Shown piece by piece: positions 41,679-50,777 of a stretch of DNA of 64,000 nucleotides (positions within the stretch are counted from its first letter, which is position 1; every line of letters starts with the position of its first letter). The translations under genes were made by a program, and so were the position numbers. The notes under the pieces were generated by a model. It saw only the letters and a program-made list of their open reading frames with translations. It was not told the DNA's origin and searched no databases. This DNA comes from a virus: the IMG/VR virus record IMGVR_UViG_3300011008_000022. One strand, written 5' to 3'.

Positions 41679-41709
41679 GCTTCGTTCTTTGTCAGGCGAT
41701 TGCATCGCC
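41679..41709 (+). repeat. family-C motif, + orientation in the minus-strand block
   Basis: gcttcgttctttgtcaGGCGATtgcATCGCC. Confidence 0.85.
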
Positions 41710-41722
41710 GTCCTTATATGCT

Positions 41723-42160
41723 TTATCTATTTCTTTTATACCCCAGCGCCCGCATCATGGCAGCAGTTTCCTTGATGCCAGGCACCATCGAAAATTCGGT
41801 GGTCGATGCAATCACCTTCACCTTGGCCAATGAATAGCGGGTACAACAATATTCCGTTTTCGTGATATGGGGAACTTCATCCAGACTGGTAGGCAATAAG
41901 TCAATCTCCTTATCGCTCTTATGGTCCCGATAGATGGCCTTCGTCTTGCGAAGCATTCCCTCCGGCACCTCCATCGTTACACAGACATCAGTATCTACAT
42001 TGCCACTCAGGTAATGGATGGCCTCTTTCGGATCATCAGTCGTAAAACAAAAACCGCGACTCTCAGAACGAAAGCCTCTATGCTTACTCTCGTTCACCAG
42101 CAGCTGACCGGCTTGCAGCCGCCGCCACTCTTCTGCGCTCATAAATCTGTGTACTACCAT
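41723..42160 (-). CDS. hypothetical protein (145 aa)
   Basis: ORF between a family-C motif and family-A hairpin 42174-42199. Confidence 0.65.
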   Translation of the reverse strand: MVVHRFMSAEEWRRLQAGQLLVNESKHRGFRSESRGFCFTTDDPKEAIHYLSGNVDTDVCVTMEVPEGMLRKTKAIYRDHKSDKEIDLLPTSLDEVPHITKTEYCCTRYSLAKVKVIASTTEFSMVPGIKETAAMMRALGYKRNR

Positions 42161-42173
42161 CTGTCTTCGTTAG

Positions 42174-42199
42174 TGTGCCCAGCCGTTCTCGGCTGGGTC
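42174..42199 (+). repeat. family-A hairpin between two minus-strand genes, + orientation
   Basis: tgtgCCCAGCCGttctCGGCTGGGtc. Confidence 0.9.
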
Positions 42200-42220
42200 T
42201 CTACACCTTATTATTATATA

Positions 42221-42547
42221 TTATATAGAGTCAATGAGTGTCATGCCACCCACAGCTCGCTCCGTCACAAAGATGGCAGGCTCATTCATCATGCCAACCT
42301 TCATCACAAAGCCCTTATCTTCCAGTCTGCTCAGGTATATCGTCAGAGGATCGCCCAACTTCGTGGGATATGCCTTGAAGAATGTGCGCAACTTCGTCTC
42401 GTCGAAAAACAAAGTCGCTGCCGATTCTCCCTCTACTGGTTGGAAGGCATCTACGAACGCATCTATCTTTTGGGGAATAACGAAATCCTCCAGCGACGCG
42501 CCCTCTTCTTTGGCTTCCTCAAAAACGTCTTTCTTTTTATGACCCAT
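42221..42547 (-). CDS. hypothetical protein (108 aa)
   Basis: Minus-strand -7 box (TACCTTTG, + coords 42576-42583) about 30 nt upstream of the ATG. Confidence 0.65.
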   Translation of the reverse strand: MGHKKKDVFEEAKEEGASLEDFVIPQKIDAFVDAFQPVEGESAATLFFDETKLRTFFKAYPTKLGDPLTIYLSRLEDKGFVMKVGMMNEPAIFVTERAVGGMTLIDSI

Positions 42548-42679
42548 GACCGTAAAAATTATAGTTTATCTTTGGCAAAGGTACAAATAATTTTATAATT
42601 ACAAATTAAAACTAAGATTTATTTTGTAATTTTTATGAAAATCCCAAATATAAAATCTGTTTTTCTCAAATATTTTATG

Positions 42680-42687
42680 TAACTTTG
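42680..42687 (+). promoter_or_regulatory. -7 promoter box
   Basis: tgtaactttgcc upstream of the 42757 gene. Confidence 0.55.
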
Positions 42688-42723
42688 CCCCCGAAATCGA
42701 TAAAATAATCTCGTTCCACTCTC

Positions 42724-42741
42724 TCCTGCGATAAATCGCAG
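42724..42741 (+). repeat. C-like hairpin in the 5' leader of 42757 gene
   Basis: CCTGCGATaaATCGCAGG. Confidence 0.7.
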
Positions 42742-42756
42742 GACCTAAAAACTAAG

Positions 42757-43656
42757 ATGATGTCTAAAATCAAACATTACTACCAGTGCGACATGTATAG
42801 CACCATCGGCAAGCAGCTCCAAAAATATTGGGACAGCATTATCCGTGCCGCATCCCGTGCCGATGACTATGCCCGTAAGTATGGCGCTTCCAGCTACGAA
42901 GCCCCAGTACAATACTTCGAGGGTGGGGTAGATTACCTCATTTTCGACCACACTCCCGACCTCAAAGTGTGGCGTAAGAAAATTACGGATGCCGAGGGTA
43001 CCGACCTCTACGAACCTAACTGCATGTATCGTTCTGATGTGCTCGTCATGCCTGATGACCGCTTCCATCCCTCCGACACATGGGATAAGACATACTCCAA
43101 GGAACACCTCGCCTGGAAGGATGCCAAACAGCTGAAGACCTTTGACCAGTGGGCTGCCATTGCCAAACTGAAACGGACTGATGACCGTGAGGCCGACATG
43201 AAGGCGCTCGATCAACTGATGTCTCGCTATACATTCGTCACCTTCCTCCATTTCTATGGCGACGAAGCCACCACCGTGCCTGATGCTTCTCCATCGGGTA
43301 GCCGTTTCCCGCAGGGACGTGCCGCCGGTCGCACAGCAGCTGCTCGTGCTCGTGCTGCTGCCAGTGGCAAGAATGCTCCCGACTGCCCTCAATGGCTCCG
43401 CAAAGCCATCCGTGCCGAGAAAGACCGTCAGGCGCTTCCCGTTGTCGAGATCTATCCGCTCATGGCGATGCTTGATATGCGTCCATCCACCACAGGTCGC
43501 AGCGTCACGCTCAATGTTACGCCGCAGTTCTTCCTTTATGGAGAGACATTTTTCATCGGTACTGAGTACCCATGCCATGCAGAGGGATTGCACCCCACCA
43601 CAGAGGGCAATTTCATCTGCAACATGAATGCCGCCAAACGTCAGCGCAACAATTAG
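42757..43656 (+). CDS. hypothetical protein (299 aa)
   Basis: -7 box at 42680-42687 and leader hairpin at 42724-42741; in-frame hairpin 43271-43300 (TTVPDASPSGS). Confidence 0.7.
   Translation: MMSKIKHYYQCDMYSTIGKQLQKYWDSIIRAASRADDYARKYGASSYEAPVQYFEGGVDYLIFDHTPDLKVWRKKITDAEGTDLYEPNCMYRSDVLVMPDDRFHPSDTWDKTYSKEHLAWKDAKQLKTFDQWAAIAKLKRTDDREADMKALDQLMSRYTFVTFLHFYGDEATTVPDASPSGSRFPQGRAAGRTAAARARAAASGKNAPDCPQWLRKAIRAEKDRQALPVVEIYPLMAMLDMRPSTTGRSVTLNVTPQFFLYGETFFIGTEYPCHAEGLHPTTEGNFICNMNAAKRQRNN
43271..43300 (+). repeat. family-A hairpin, in frame in CDS 42757..43656
   Basis: ccaccgtgCCTGATGcttctcCATCGGGta (one T-G pair). Confidence 0.85.
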
Positions 43657-43835
43657 ACCTCATACGATTAAAAATAGTTATTAAGTAATGATTTGTTTTA
43701 GTAGATTAGTAGTTTGGACCGAAACATAGTCAAGTGTGACTTTGTGACATAAGGTTAAATATCGAATGTAATTCATGGTATTAGATTTTAAGGTTGCCGC
43801 CTGCCCTGTCGCGATGACACAGCAGGCGGTTTTTC

Positions 43836-44621
43836 CTACGTCTCTTCTGGCCCGTCGTCTGCAGCTATTCCTGACATGAACGAACCACGCTGGCTCCGTT
43901 GGTAGAACTTCGTCAACTCGGCATTCTGCCGCTCAATGATATCCATTAGCCGATTGCGCTCCGCATCAAATCCTGCTTGACAGTCTCGCCTGATGTGGTC
44001 CTCGCGCTCATGGTGCTCACGCTCCAGTTTGATAATCTCCTTTGTGTGCTCCAACCGCAATCGCAGTATAGTTTCACTCTCACACTCCCCACCGACTGCC
44101 TCAATGGGTCTGTCCGTGTGCACAGTGGTTTCCCCACTGGGAATGTTGCCACCACTCCCAGCCGTTTTCGGCTGGGTAATATCCCGTTCCTTTGCCGCCG
44201 CTTCCTCCTCGGCATCGCGCATCTTCAATAACTGTTCTTTGCGTTCCAGTCCAGCCGTCACCGCTGCTGCCTGTGCCCTGCTGCTCACCTGGCGCTCCCT
44301 AACCTGTGTCTCGATGATACTCTTTCCGGCACCATTGCCGATGCCGTAACCGTCCGTTGGCATGGTCTGACTGTCTTCAGTGGGTCTTTCGATAGTCAGC
44401 GTACTCTTACCGTCACCGTCGAAGAAGAAACCGCTTATCGGTATGTTATAGTAGTTACACAACCTTAGCATAGCCGTGACATGGATGGGGGTCTTCCCGT
44501 CAAGCCAACGGTTAATGCCAGTATAATCTGAACTCCCTAACGCCTCTAACAGGTCTTTCTTCGATAACTTGTTGGCCTCTTTGAACTCTCGCAGAAAACC
44601 ATAATTGAAACTGTAGTCCAT
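43836..44621 (-). CDS. CI-like repressor candidate (XRE-type HTH N-terminus)
   Basis: LSKKDLLEALGSSDYTGINRWLDGKTPIHVTAMLRLCNYYNIPISGFF; divergent from the 44828 gene; carries a + oriented family-A hairpin at 44149-44178. Confidence 0.65.
   Translation of the reverse strand: MDYSFNYGFLREFKEANKLSKKDLLEALGSSDYTGINRWLDGKTPIHVTAMLRLCNYYNIPISGFFFDGDGKSTLTIERPTEDSQTMPTDGYGIGNGAGKSIIETQVRERQVSSRAQAAAVTAGLERKEQLLKMRDAEEEAAAKERDITQPKTAGSGGNIPSGETTVHTDRPIEAVGGECESETILRLRLEHTKEIIKLEREHHEREDHIRRDCQAGFDAERNRLMDIIERQNAELTKFYQRSQRGSFMSGIAADDGPEET
44149..44178 (+). repeat. family-A hairpin inside the minus-strand repressor gene, + orientation
   Basis: ccaccactCCCAGCCGttttCGGCTGGGta. Confidence 0.85.
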
Positions 44622-44762
44622 AACTAATTATTTATATATATTTAACAATAAAGGTTGTATATCGCATAGTTTCCACCTTATATTATCTTTAATTATTAAA
44701 CGCCAAAATCTGACATTAAATTTTATCTAAATGTTAAATTTCCAACAAAAACTAATATAATC

Positions 44763-44794
44763 TTTGATTTTTCAAATTAAAATTCGTATCTTTG
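44763..44794 (+). promoter_or_regulatory. -33 TTTG / -7 TATCTTTG promoter facing the CI-like repressor gene
   Basis: tctttgatttttcaaattaaaattcgtatctttgcac. Confidence 0.65.
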
Positions 44795-44827
44795 CACAAA
44801 ATTACAAAAATATTTTTATATATCAAC

Positions 44828-45298
44828 ATGATTATTGAGAAGTTACAACAGCCAGAGGTACACTTCCAGTGTGATGATCTGACTCCAAATCAGAAAAAAC
44901 TGTTAGCAGAGGTCATGCTTCGCCACGAAATGAAGTGGGGACTGGCCTACAACCGTTTCTTCCGATTTGGATTCAAAGAATGGGAATTGAAAGGCATCGA
45001 CCAGATCAAACGCGACTTCCTCTCTCAACATCAGGAGGAGATTTTTCCGCCTAACCTGGATATGTCGCAGCCTACACCCGACGACATGGTTAGTGGCAAA
45101 GGCGTGTTCTACCGTATGCTCGGCATGACCATCGGCATGAAAAAACTGTTCATGGAACACATGAACACACTCGGTATGGGTTCCAACTCCGTTATCAATA
45201 AGTTCTCCAACGATGATTGGGCGGACTACGAAAAGGTGGGAATACTCACCATCCTAAAGGAGTTTGAACGTGAGGCTGCAGCTCTAAGCGAAACATAA
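44828..45298 (+). CDS. hypothetical early protein (156 aa)
   Basis: ATG 44828 about 35 nt downstream of the -7 box 44787-44794; track start 44792 lies inside the promoter. Confidence 0.65.
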   Translation: MIIEKLQQPEVHFQCDDLTPNQKKLLAEVMLRHEMKWGLAYNRFFRFGFKEWELKGIDQIKRDFLSQHQEEIFPPNLDMSQPTPDDMVSGKGVFYRMLGMTIGMKKLFMEHMNTLGMGSNSVINKFSNDDWADYEKVGILTILKEFEREAAALSET

Positions 45299-45687
45299 TG
45301 AGACAGCCATGTCGAAGAAAACCAGGAAGACCGCTGAAAGACCGTCGCAGACATCTTCTTATAGCGGCTACAACAGACTTTCGAGGACCCGATGAAGACC
45401 AACTCTTCTTCCTCTTTCGCGGTGCCTCGCATCGTCTGCTATCTGATGTGTTCCGTTTTCTCATCGGCAATGGTAATGGTATCGCTCGTCAGGTGGTCAT
45501 CACCGAAGAGCACGACACCATCAAACGTAATGGTAAGGGGTATTGGCGCATGGCAGTGAAACTCTGTGAACCAAACTACCACTTCTGCAGCCTGGAAGAT
45601 ATGCGCATACTCATCGATGCAGCGTTCCATCGTCATCATCCCTGCTCAGTCCATTGGCTCACCATTGATAAGTTCCTAAACGTATAG
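45298..45687 (+). CDS. hypothetical basic protein (129 aa)
   Basis: TAATG overlap with the previous gene; N-terminal RKPGRPLKDRRR. Confidence 0.5.
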   Translation: MRQPCRRKPGRPLKDRRRHLLIAATTDFRGPDEDQLFFLFRGASHRLLSDVFRFLIGNGNGIARQVVITEEHDTIKRNGKGYWRMAVKLCEPNYHFCSLEDMRILIDAAFHRHHPCSVHWLTIDKFLNV

Positions 45688-45688
45688 C

Positions 45689-45716
45689 AACCGTCCCAGC
45701 CGTTCTCGGCTGGGTA
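45689..45716 (+). repeat. family-A hairpin, intergenic
   Basis: caaccgtCCCAGCCGttctCGGCTGGGta. Confidence 0.9.
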
Positions 45717-45730
45717 CTAAAAGCAAAAAT

Positions 45731-46369
45731 ATGAAACTGATTGATATTACATTCGACCTTGAAAGCCTATCGCTGGCTTCTAATGCTGCCATCGTACAGA
45801 TAGCTGCTGTTGTTTTCAATCGTCATGCGTCCTCTGCTGACGAGTTGTTTCCCATCAATATCCCGCCGTTCGAGTGCAAGGTGGATATCCGATCTTGCGT
45901 AGCCGACGGGTTCGATTTCTCACCATCTACCGTGAAGTGGTGGGCTGAAAAGCCGGAAGAGGTAAAGACCGAAGTGCTCTCTGGCGATTGCTATCCGCTG
46001 CAGGAGGTATTCGCTAACTTCATCGAATGGCTCAACGAGGTAAAAACGGCCACACAGTCTGACATGCTCTGCCTCTGGGCACAAGGCTCTGACTTCGACA
46101 TCAGCGTTTTGCGCACCATACTGCGCACCTACAACCTCGAAGAGCGCTTCCCTGTGCCGTACCATAACTATCGCGATGCTCGTACATTCATTGCCGAGAT
46201 AGGTAGCCATTTCGCTGCCAACGAAGAGGCATTGGCCGACCATGCTAAGATCTACGAGGCCCTGCCTAAATATACGGGCGATGGCAACGTCCATAATGCC
46301 GTTTACGACTGCCTCCGCACCTCCTGGTCTGTATGGCAGTGCTTCTCTCTTCTCCCTGACCCTGCATAA
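45731..46369 (+). CDS. DEDDh 3'-5' exonuclease (DnaQ-like)
   Basis: ITFDLESL (Exo I), LWAQGSDFDISVL (Exo II), HNAVYDC (Exo III). Confidence 0.75.
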   Translation: MKLIDITFDLESLSLASNAAIVQIAAVVFNRHASSADELFPINIPPFECKVDIRSCVADGFDFSPSTVKWWAEKPEEVKTEVLSGDCYPLQEVFANFIEWLNEVKTATQSDMLCLWAQGSDFDISVLRTILRTYNLEERFPVPYHNYRDARTFIAEIGSHFAANEEALADHAKIYEALPKYTGDGNVHNAVYDCLRTSWSVWQCFSLLPDPA

Positions 46370-46377
46370 TATTTGGT

Positions 46378-49300
46378 ATGATCTACGACCCACTCATAGA
46401 CGAACTTGCAGCATTACCGCTGAACCTCCTCATACAACCTGCCGACCAGCAGACAGAAGAGGGACAGACGGCATGTTGGTGTCCGTTCTGTAAGGGTAAT
46501 GCCAGTGCGTCCGCTGGTTCTGCTGGCGGGAAAAGCACTCCGCATTTCATCATCTACCACCGTCGTCGTGGTGGTCTCTATGGCAAACCTGTCGAATATT
46601 GGTTCTGTACCAAGACGCGACGGGGTGGCTATGGAGCCATCGAACTGTATGCGGCAATGATGGGGCTGGGCTATTGGTGGCGTAAGGATGCACACGCTCC
46701 GCAGACATTCATCTGTGTGGGAGAGGATCTGCGACATGCCTGCCTCGGATTGGCCGAGAAGATGGGACATACCCGTGAGGAAATCAAAGAGAAGTGGCCA
46801 CAGCTGCTGGCTCGTGACTACCGAGAGACTGCCGTGCGACCACAAGAGGTGCTGACATTCGAGCCTAAGACGGACTTTACACCGCAGGATCTCGCAGCAC
46901 TCGGATGCACCACATGGCTCTCACGCGATGGCATCGAACAGTATGGCTTCGATACGGCCAACAAAGAGGCTGACTGGCATTTCCACCCGTCCATGATTCA
47001 AAAGGACTTTCACGTTTATGCGGTTGGTAAGGTGACGCTGCCTGCTGTCTCTCGCCAGGGCGAACCTCAGTCTGAGGTGCTGGTATCTACGCCTTGGAAC
47101 CCTATCTTTGTCGCGCTCGCCGATGATGAGAACGAGGATTGTGGCTCTATCTTCCGTCCGGCCATCGAGGAACAGCCCCCTATGGTATTCTCTACAACCG
47201 AGGAGCATACCACTACCAAGGTAAGCCGTTGGCTGGCGGGCGATAAGGTCTTCTTACGCGCTGTCGAACTGCGCACATCCGACACGACGGGTGTACGCAA
47301 GGCCATTCAGGAACTCGACCCAGAGGAACGGGTGACTGAGGTAAAACAGGAATGGCAGGAGTCTTCCGATAAAAACGGCAACCCGAAAATGGAACTGATA
47401 GACGTGCCCATCCGTGATAAGGATATCAAGGCTCGTGCTGTTATCTATTGCACCTCGGCTCAGGATGCCATAGCCACCTACTACCACCTGAAGGCACTGC
47501 GACACACATACCCCAAGCAGTTCGGCAACCGCTGGTATCATGTGTGCTTCCCTTATGGCGATGTGCCTTTCTCGAATATTCATTATAATAAGATGCACCG
47601 CTTTGCGGATAACATCTACACCCTTTTCGCCTCTGACACGAAACAGACACTCCGTGCCCGTGACATCAGCTGCCGCTATCGTGACGTGCTACGTGCCCAA
47701 CTGCCAGAGACAATGACAGACAGGGCACACCTTTATTTCCCACGTCTCTTCTGTCACCCCTCACAGACGGTACGCGACTTCTTCCTGGCTTACCACATGC
47801 TGCCGCGTGAGGCGTTCCAGAACGATGAGGACATCAACCGCCTCTTCTCATCATGTATCACGTCGGCTCTCAGCAGCGACCCCTTCGAGCGAAAAGAGAA
47901 AAGGGATAAGAATGGCATGGTGAAGGAGGTGTATTATACCATCAATCCAGCTACCCTTTGGGAGTTTATGGCCAGTGCGGGCTATGCTCGCGACGTGCGT
48001 CCCGATGAGCCGGATAAGATAGGACGTTATGTGCATATCGATGGCCCTTTTGCCGACGAACTGGAACCGCAGTCTATGGTGCAGGCCACCATCGAACACC
48101 TGAAGGCGTATGCACGTCAACTCAACGACGCTCGCCCTGGCCTTCCCGATGAATATGAGCTGATGGTGCAGTCTGTGCTTCGTGCAAATAAGGAGATCAA
48201 CGAGAAGACGATAGCCTCGCTCCCCGCTGTCAAGATGAACTATAACGAGGGCTATGGTCGCCACATCGAACATTTCTTCTACGAGAATGGTGCGCTTCGT
48301 ATCACCGACAACGAGATAACTTTGCTTCCCTACGATCAGATAGACTTCAACGTGGAACGTGGCGAGAAACTGCATTGGAACATCACGCCGCTAAAAGAAC
48401 TGCCGTTCGAGATTTCCGAAAACCCCGACTATCGTCGTCGTTTGGAGGCTATCAAGGCTAAAGAGGCTGAAAAGGATGACAACGGCAAACCGCTCTATAC
48501 GCTCTCCCAACTGGAACAGGATAAAAACGACCTGGCTCTCTGGGCACAGTCTCATCGCTGGCTCGTCGATTGGAAGGGTAAGCATGAGGATGAAATGTGG
48601 CCCACGCTCCGCGTCATTCGTGGCTTTGCGAATGAGGAGTGGGAACAGGAACAGCGCCTGATTCACGATGGCAAACAGTTTTCTTCTGAGGAACAGATGA
48701 AACTGGATTGTCGTTTTGCTAACCTGATATTCTGTTTGGGACGTATGCTCTGGCGCTACCGTGATAGCAAGTCCAACTGTATCAGTTATCTCATCGAAAA
48801 CGTGGTGTCTGCAGCCAACCGTGCTGAAGGTGGCTCAGGTAAATCTACATTCGTGCGTATCTTTGCCGGCTGTGCAGCGCATATCCTGAACATCAACGGA
48901 CGCGACCTTATTAGTAATAAGGAGTTCTCGGCTAACCTGGCTGAGTATCAGCACCACAAACACCGCATCGTACACTGGGAGGATGTGGATGCCTCACTCG
49001 ATTTCGGTAAGCTCTACAACCTCACCACCGGCGACTTCTCCGTCCGCTATATGTATAAGGACCGTATCACCATTCCTTTGTCTGAGGGTCCTGGTCATGT
49101 GGTCACGTCTAACTATCCGCTTCACGACCTCGACGACTCTACCATGCGTCGTGTCTGTCTGGGTGGTTTCTCTCATCGCTTCTGTGGCCAAAATATAATG
49201 AAGAACAAAGCGGCTCGCTATATTTCGGACATCATGCCCGACTTCAATGCCGTTTCTCCTGAAAAACTCTCCGCCACCTCTCGCAATCAGATTGCTATGA

Positions 49301-50046
49301 TATGCGCCCTCGCTGTGCAGTTTGTCATGCGCTACGATGAGAAGGTGGACGCTCAGAAGAAGTACATGGAACAGCGTACCCTCACACAGTCACTCGGAGA
49401 GGCGTTCCTGCGTTTCGCTCGTGTGTTCTTTGCTCAGGAACATGTCTATGGTGTTCCCGTCGATCTCGACTCTATGCTGGAAGAATATAAGTCCGACTTT
49501 GCCGAGGCATCGAAAAATAAGACTGACTCATTCTCTCCCAAGGCATTCAAACGCCGCATCCTCGATTACTGCGAGACTGCCGGCATTCTGATGAACCCGC
49601 CACAACTCTTCAAGAAAGCGGATGGTAAGGTGCTCAAAAAGGCTGAACAGACCAACTACTTCGCACACCAGGCTTGGTGTACGCGCCGTTACTTCGAGGG
49701 CCGTGAATGGGAGGAGGATGCAACGATTGCACCTAAGCAGATCCGTGAATTGGTACGCACCGAACATGCGGTATATTTCTATCGCTCCGGCAAAGATACC
49801 ATACCCGCTAACAACGATGAACTGATGAAGGCTTACGAGGCATTCCTGGCACAGCCCGATCCAGCACCAATCACTGATGATAATGGTCATATCGTAGCAC
49901 TCACCGAAGAGGAACAGCAACGCTGGCGCTCATACCTCGATGGCCGTCAGCGCAAAAGGGCTTCTGGCGCTGCTCCTGCCACGCCAACAGCAGCAACCGC
50001 CACACCTGCCTCTACTGCACCGCCCGAAGATGACCTCCCCTTCTAA
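46378..50046 (+). CDS. primase-helicase (CHC2-like zinc finger plus P-loop NTPase)
   Basis: CWCPFCKG...TPHFIIY...GGYGAIELYAAMMGL resembles a CHC2 primase finger; Walker A AEGGSGKSTF; 1222 aa; C-terminus ends EDDLPF. Confidence 0.7.
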   Translation: MIYDPLIDELAALPLNLLIQPADQQTEEGQTACWCPFCKGNASASAGSAGGKSTPHFIIYHRRRGGLYGKPVEYWFCTKTRRGGYGAIELYAAMMGLGYWWRKDAHAPQTFICVGEDLRHACLGLAEKMGHTREEIKEKWPQLLARDYRETAVRPQEVLTFEPKTDFTPQDLAALGCTTWLSRDGIEQYGFDTANKEADWHFHPSMIQKDFHVYAVGKVTLPAVSRQGEPQSEVLVSTPWNPIFVALADDENEDCGSIFRPAIEEQPPMVFSTTEEHTTTKVSRWLAGDKVFLRAVELRTSDTTGVRKAIQELDPEERVTEVKQEWQESSDKNGNPKMELIDVPIRDKDIKARAVIYCTSAQDAIATYYHLKALRHTYPKQFGNRWYHVCFPYGDVPFSNIHYNKMHRFADNIYTLFASDTKQTLRARDISCRYRDVLRAQLPETMTDRAHLYFPRLFCHPSQTVRDFFLAYHMLPREAFQNDEDINRLFSSCITSALSSDPFERKEKRDKNGMVKEVYYTINPATLWEFMASAGYARDVRPDEPDKIGRYVHIDGPFADELEPQSMVQATIEHLKAYARQLNDARPGLPDEYELMVQSVLRANKEINEKTIASLPAVKMNYNEGYGRHIEHFFYENGALRITDNEITLLPYDQIDFNVERGEKLHWNITPLKELPFEISENPDYRRRLEAIKAKEAEKDDNGKPLYTLSQLEQDKNDLALWAQSHRWLVDWKGKHEDEMWPTLRVIRGFANEEWEQEQRLIHDGKQFSSEEQMKLDCRFANLIFCLGRMLWRYRDSKSNCISYLIENVVSAANRAEGGSGKSTFVRIFAGCAAHILNINGRDLISNKEFSANLAEYQHHKHRIVHWEDVDASLDFGKLYNLTTGDFSVRYMYKDRITIPLSEGPGHVVTSNYPLHDLDDSTMRRVCLGGFSHRFCGQNIMKNKAARYISDIMPDFNAVSPEKLSATSRNQIAMICALAVQFVMRYDEKVDAQKKYMEQRTLTQSLGEAFLRFARVFFAQEHVYGVPVDLDSMLEEYKSDFAEASKNKTDSFSPKAFKRRILDYCETAGILMNPPQLFKKADGKVLKKAEQTNYFAHQAWCTRRYFEGREWEEDATIAPKQIRELVRTEHAVYFYRSGKDTIPANNDELMKAYEAFLAQPDPAPITDDNGHIVALTEEEQQRWRSYLDGRQRKRASGAAPATPTAATATPASTAPPEDDLPF

Positions 50047-50048
50047 GT

Positions 50049-50077
50049 CCCTGTGTCCAGCCGTTCTCGGCTGGGTC
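50049..50077 (+). repeat. family-A hairpin after the primase-helicase gene
   Basis: ccctgtgtCCAGCCGttctCGGCTGGgtc. Confidence 0.9.
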
Positions 50078-50129
50078 TCACTAAGGAAACAACGTAATAA
50101 CAATAAAAAATTAACTTAAAAGTAAAATT

Positions 50130-50729
50130 ATGGCACGTTACAGATTTTCTATCGACATCGGCACCTTTATCGGTGCCAGGTTCTTAAACCTCACACTCAC
50201 AGAGGGTGGTAAACCCATTCCTGGCATCTTCATCCCTGCTGGCATCAATGGCATAGAGATACAACAGGACACCCGCGATGAGGGTAAGCGCAACGCCTCC
50301 GGCTTCCGTGCATTCCTGAACTTCCTCCAGCGCTCGTGCAATGGTAAGTACATCGATGCAGTGAAACAGTCACTCATGCGCAAAGGCGAAGAAATCACAC
50401 TCTACAACGTCCCTGCCTATCAGGTGGCCTACACGCTGCCCGAAGAGAAACGTAACAAAATCCGTGCGGCTCTCAAAGCGCGTGTCATCGCTGATCATCC
50501 TGAATGGAAAGACCAGTCCGACACACAGGGAACCGACCTCTCACGCGCTATCTCTATGCTGGTTCCCTATCAGATGGGCGACTCCTACCTGGTGGAAGAC
50601 CAGAACACGCAGCAGCCACGTAACAGCTCCGCACCTGTCGCTCAGGGTGTAGCCGGCTATACTCAGCCTGCCTCTTCTGAATACGACCCGTTTGGCGGTG
50701 GCGAAGCCAACGACGACCTCCCATTCTAA
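50130..50729 (+). CDS. SSB-like protein (non-canonical N-terminus, canonical SSB C-terminal tip)
   Basis: Q/P/G/S-rich linker followed by a terminal DPFGGGEANDDLPF, which matches the SSB-Ct tip consensus DDD(I/L)PF; sits between the primase-helicase and the clamp. Confidence 0.45.
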   Translation: MARYRFSIDIGTFIGARFLNLTLTEGGKPIPGIFIPAGINGIEIQQDTRDEGKRNASGFRAFLNFLQRSCNGKYIDAVKQSLMRKGEEITLYNVPAYQVAYTLPEEKRNKIRAALKARVIADHPEWKDQSDTQGTDLSRAISMLVPYQMGDSYLVEDQNTQQPRNSSAPVAQGVAGYTQPASSEYDPFGGGEANDDLPF

Positions 50730-50730
50730 C

Positions 50731-50759
50731 CCCTGTGCCCAGCCGTTCTCGGCTGGGTC
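50731..50759 (+). repeat. family-A hairpin after the SSB-like gene
   Basis: ccctgtgCCCAGCCGttctCGGCTGGGtc. Confidence 0.9.
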
Positions 50760-50777
50760 CCTAAAAAAGCATTAACA

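Noticed and set aside
40608-41705. Integrase call for 40608..41705 based on an N-terminal SAM-like look
   Set aside because: No tyrosine-recombinase catalytic region (R..HxxR..Y) is visible. Only a NUMOD-like DNA-binding segment is recognisable. No integrase was found anywhere in the window.
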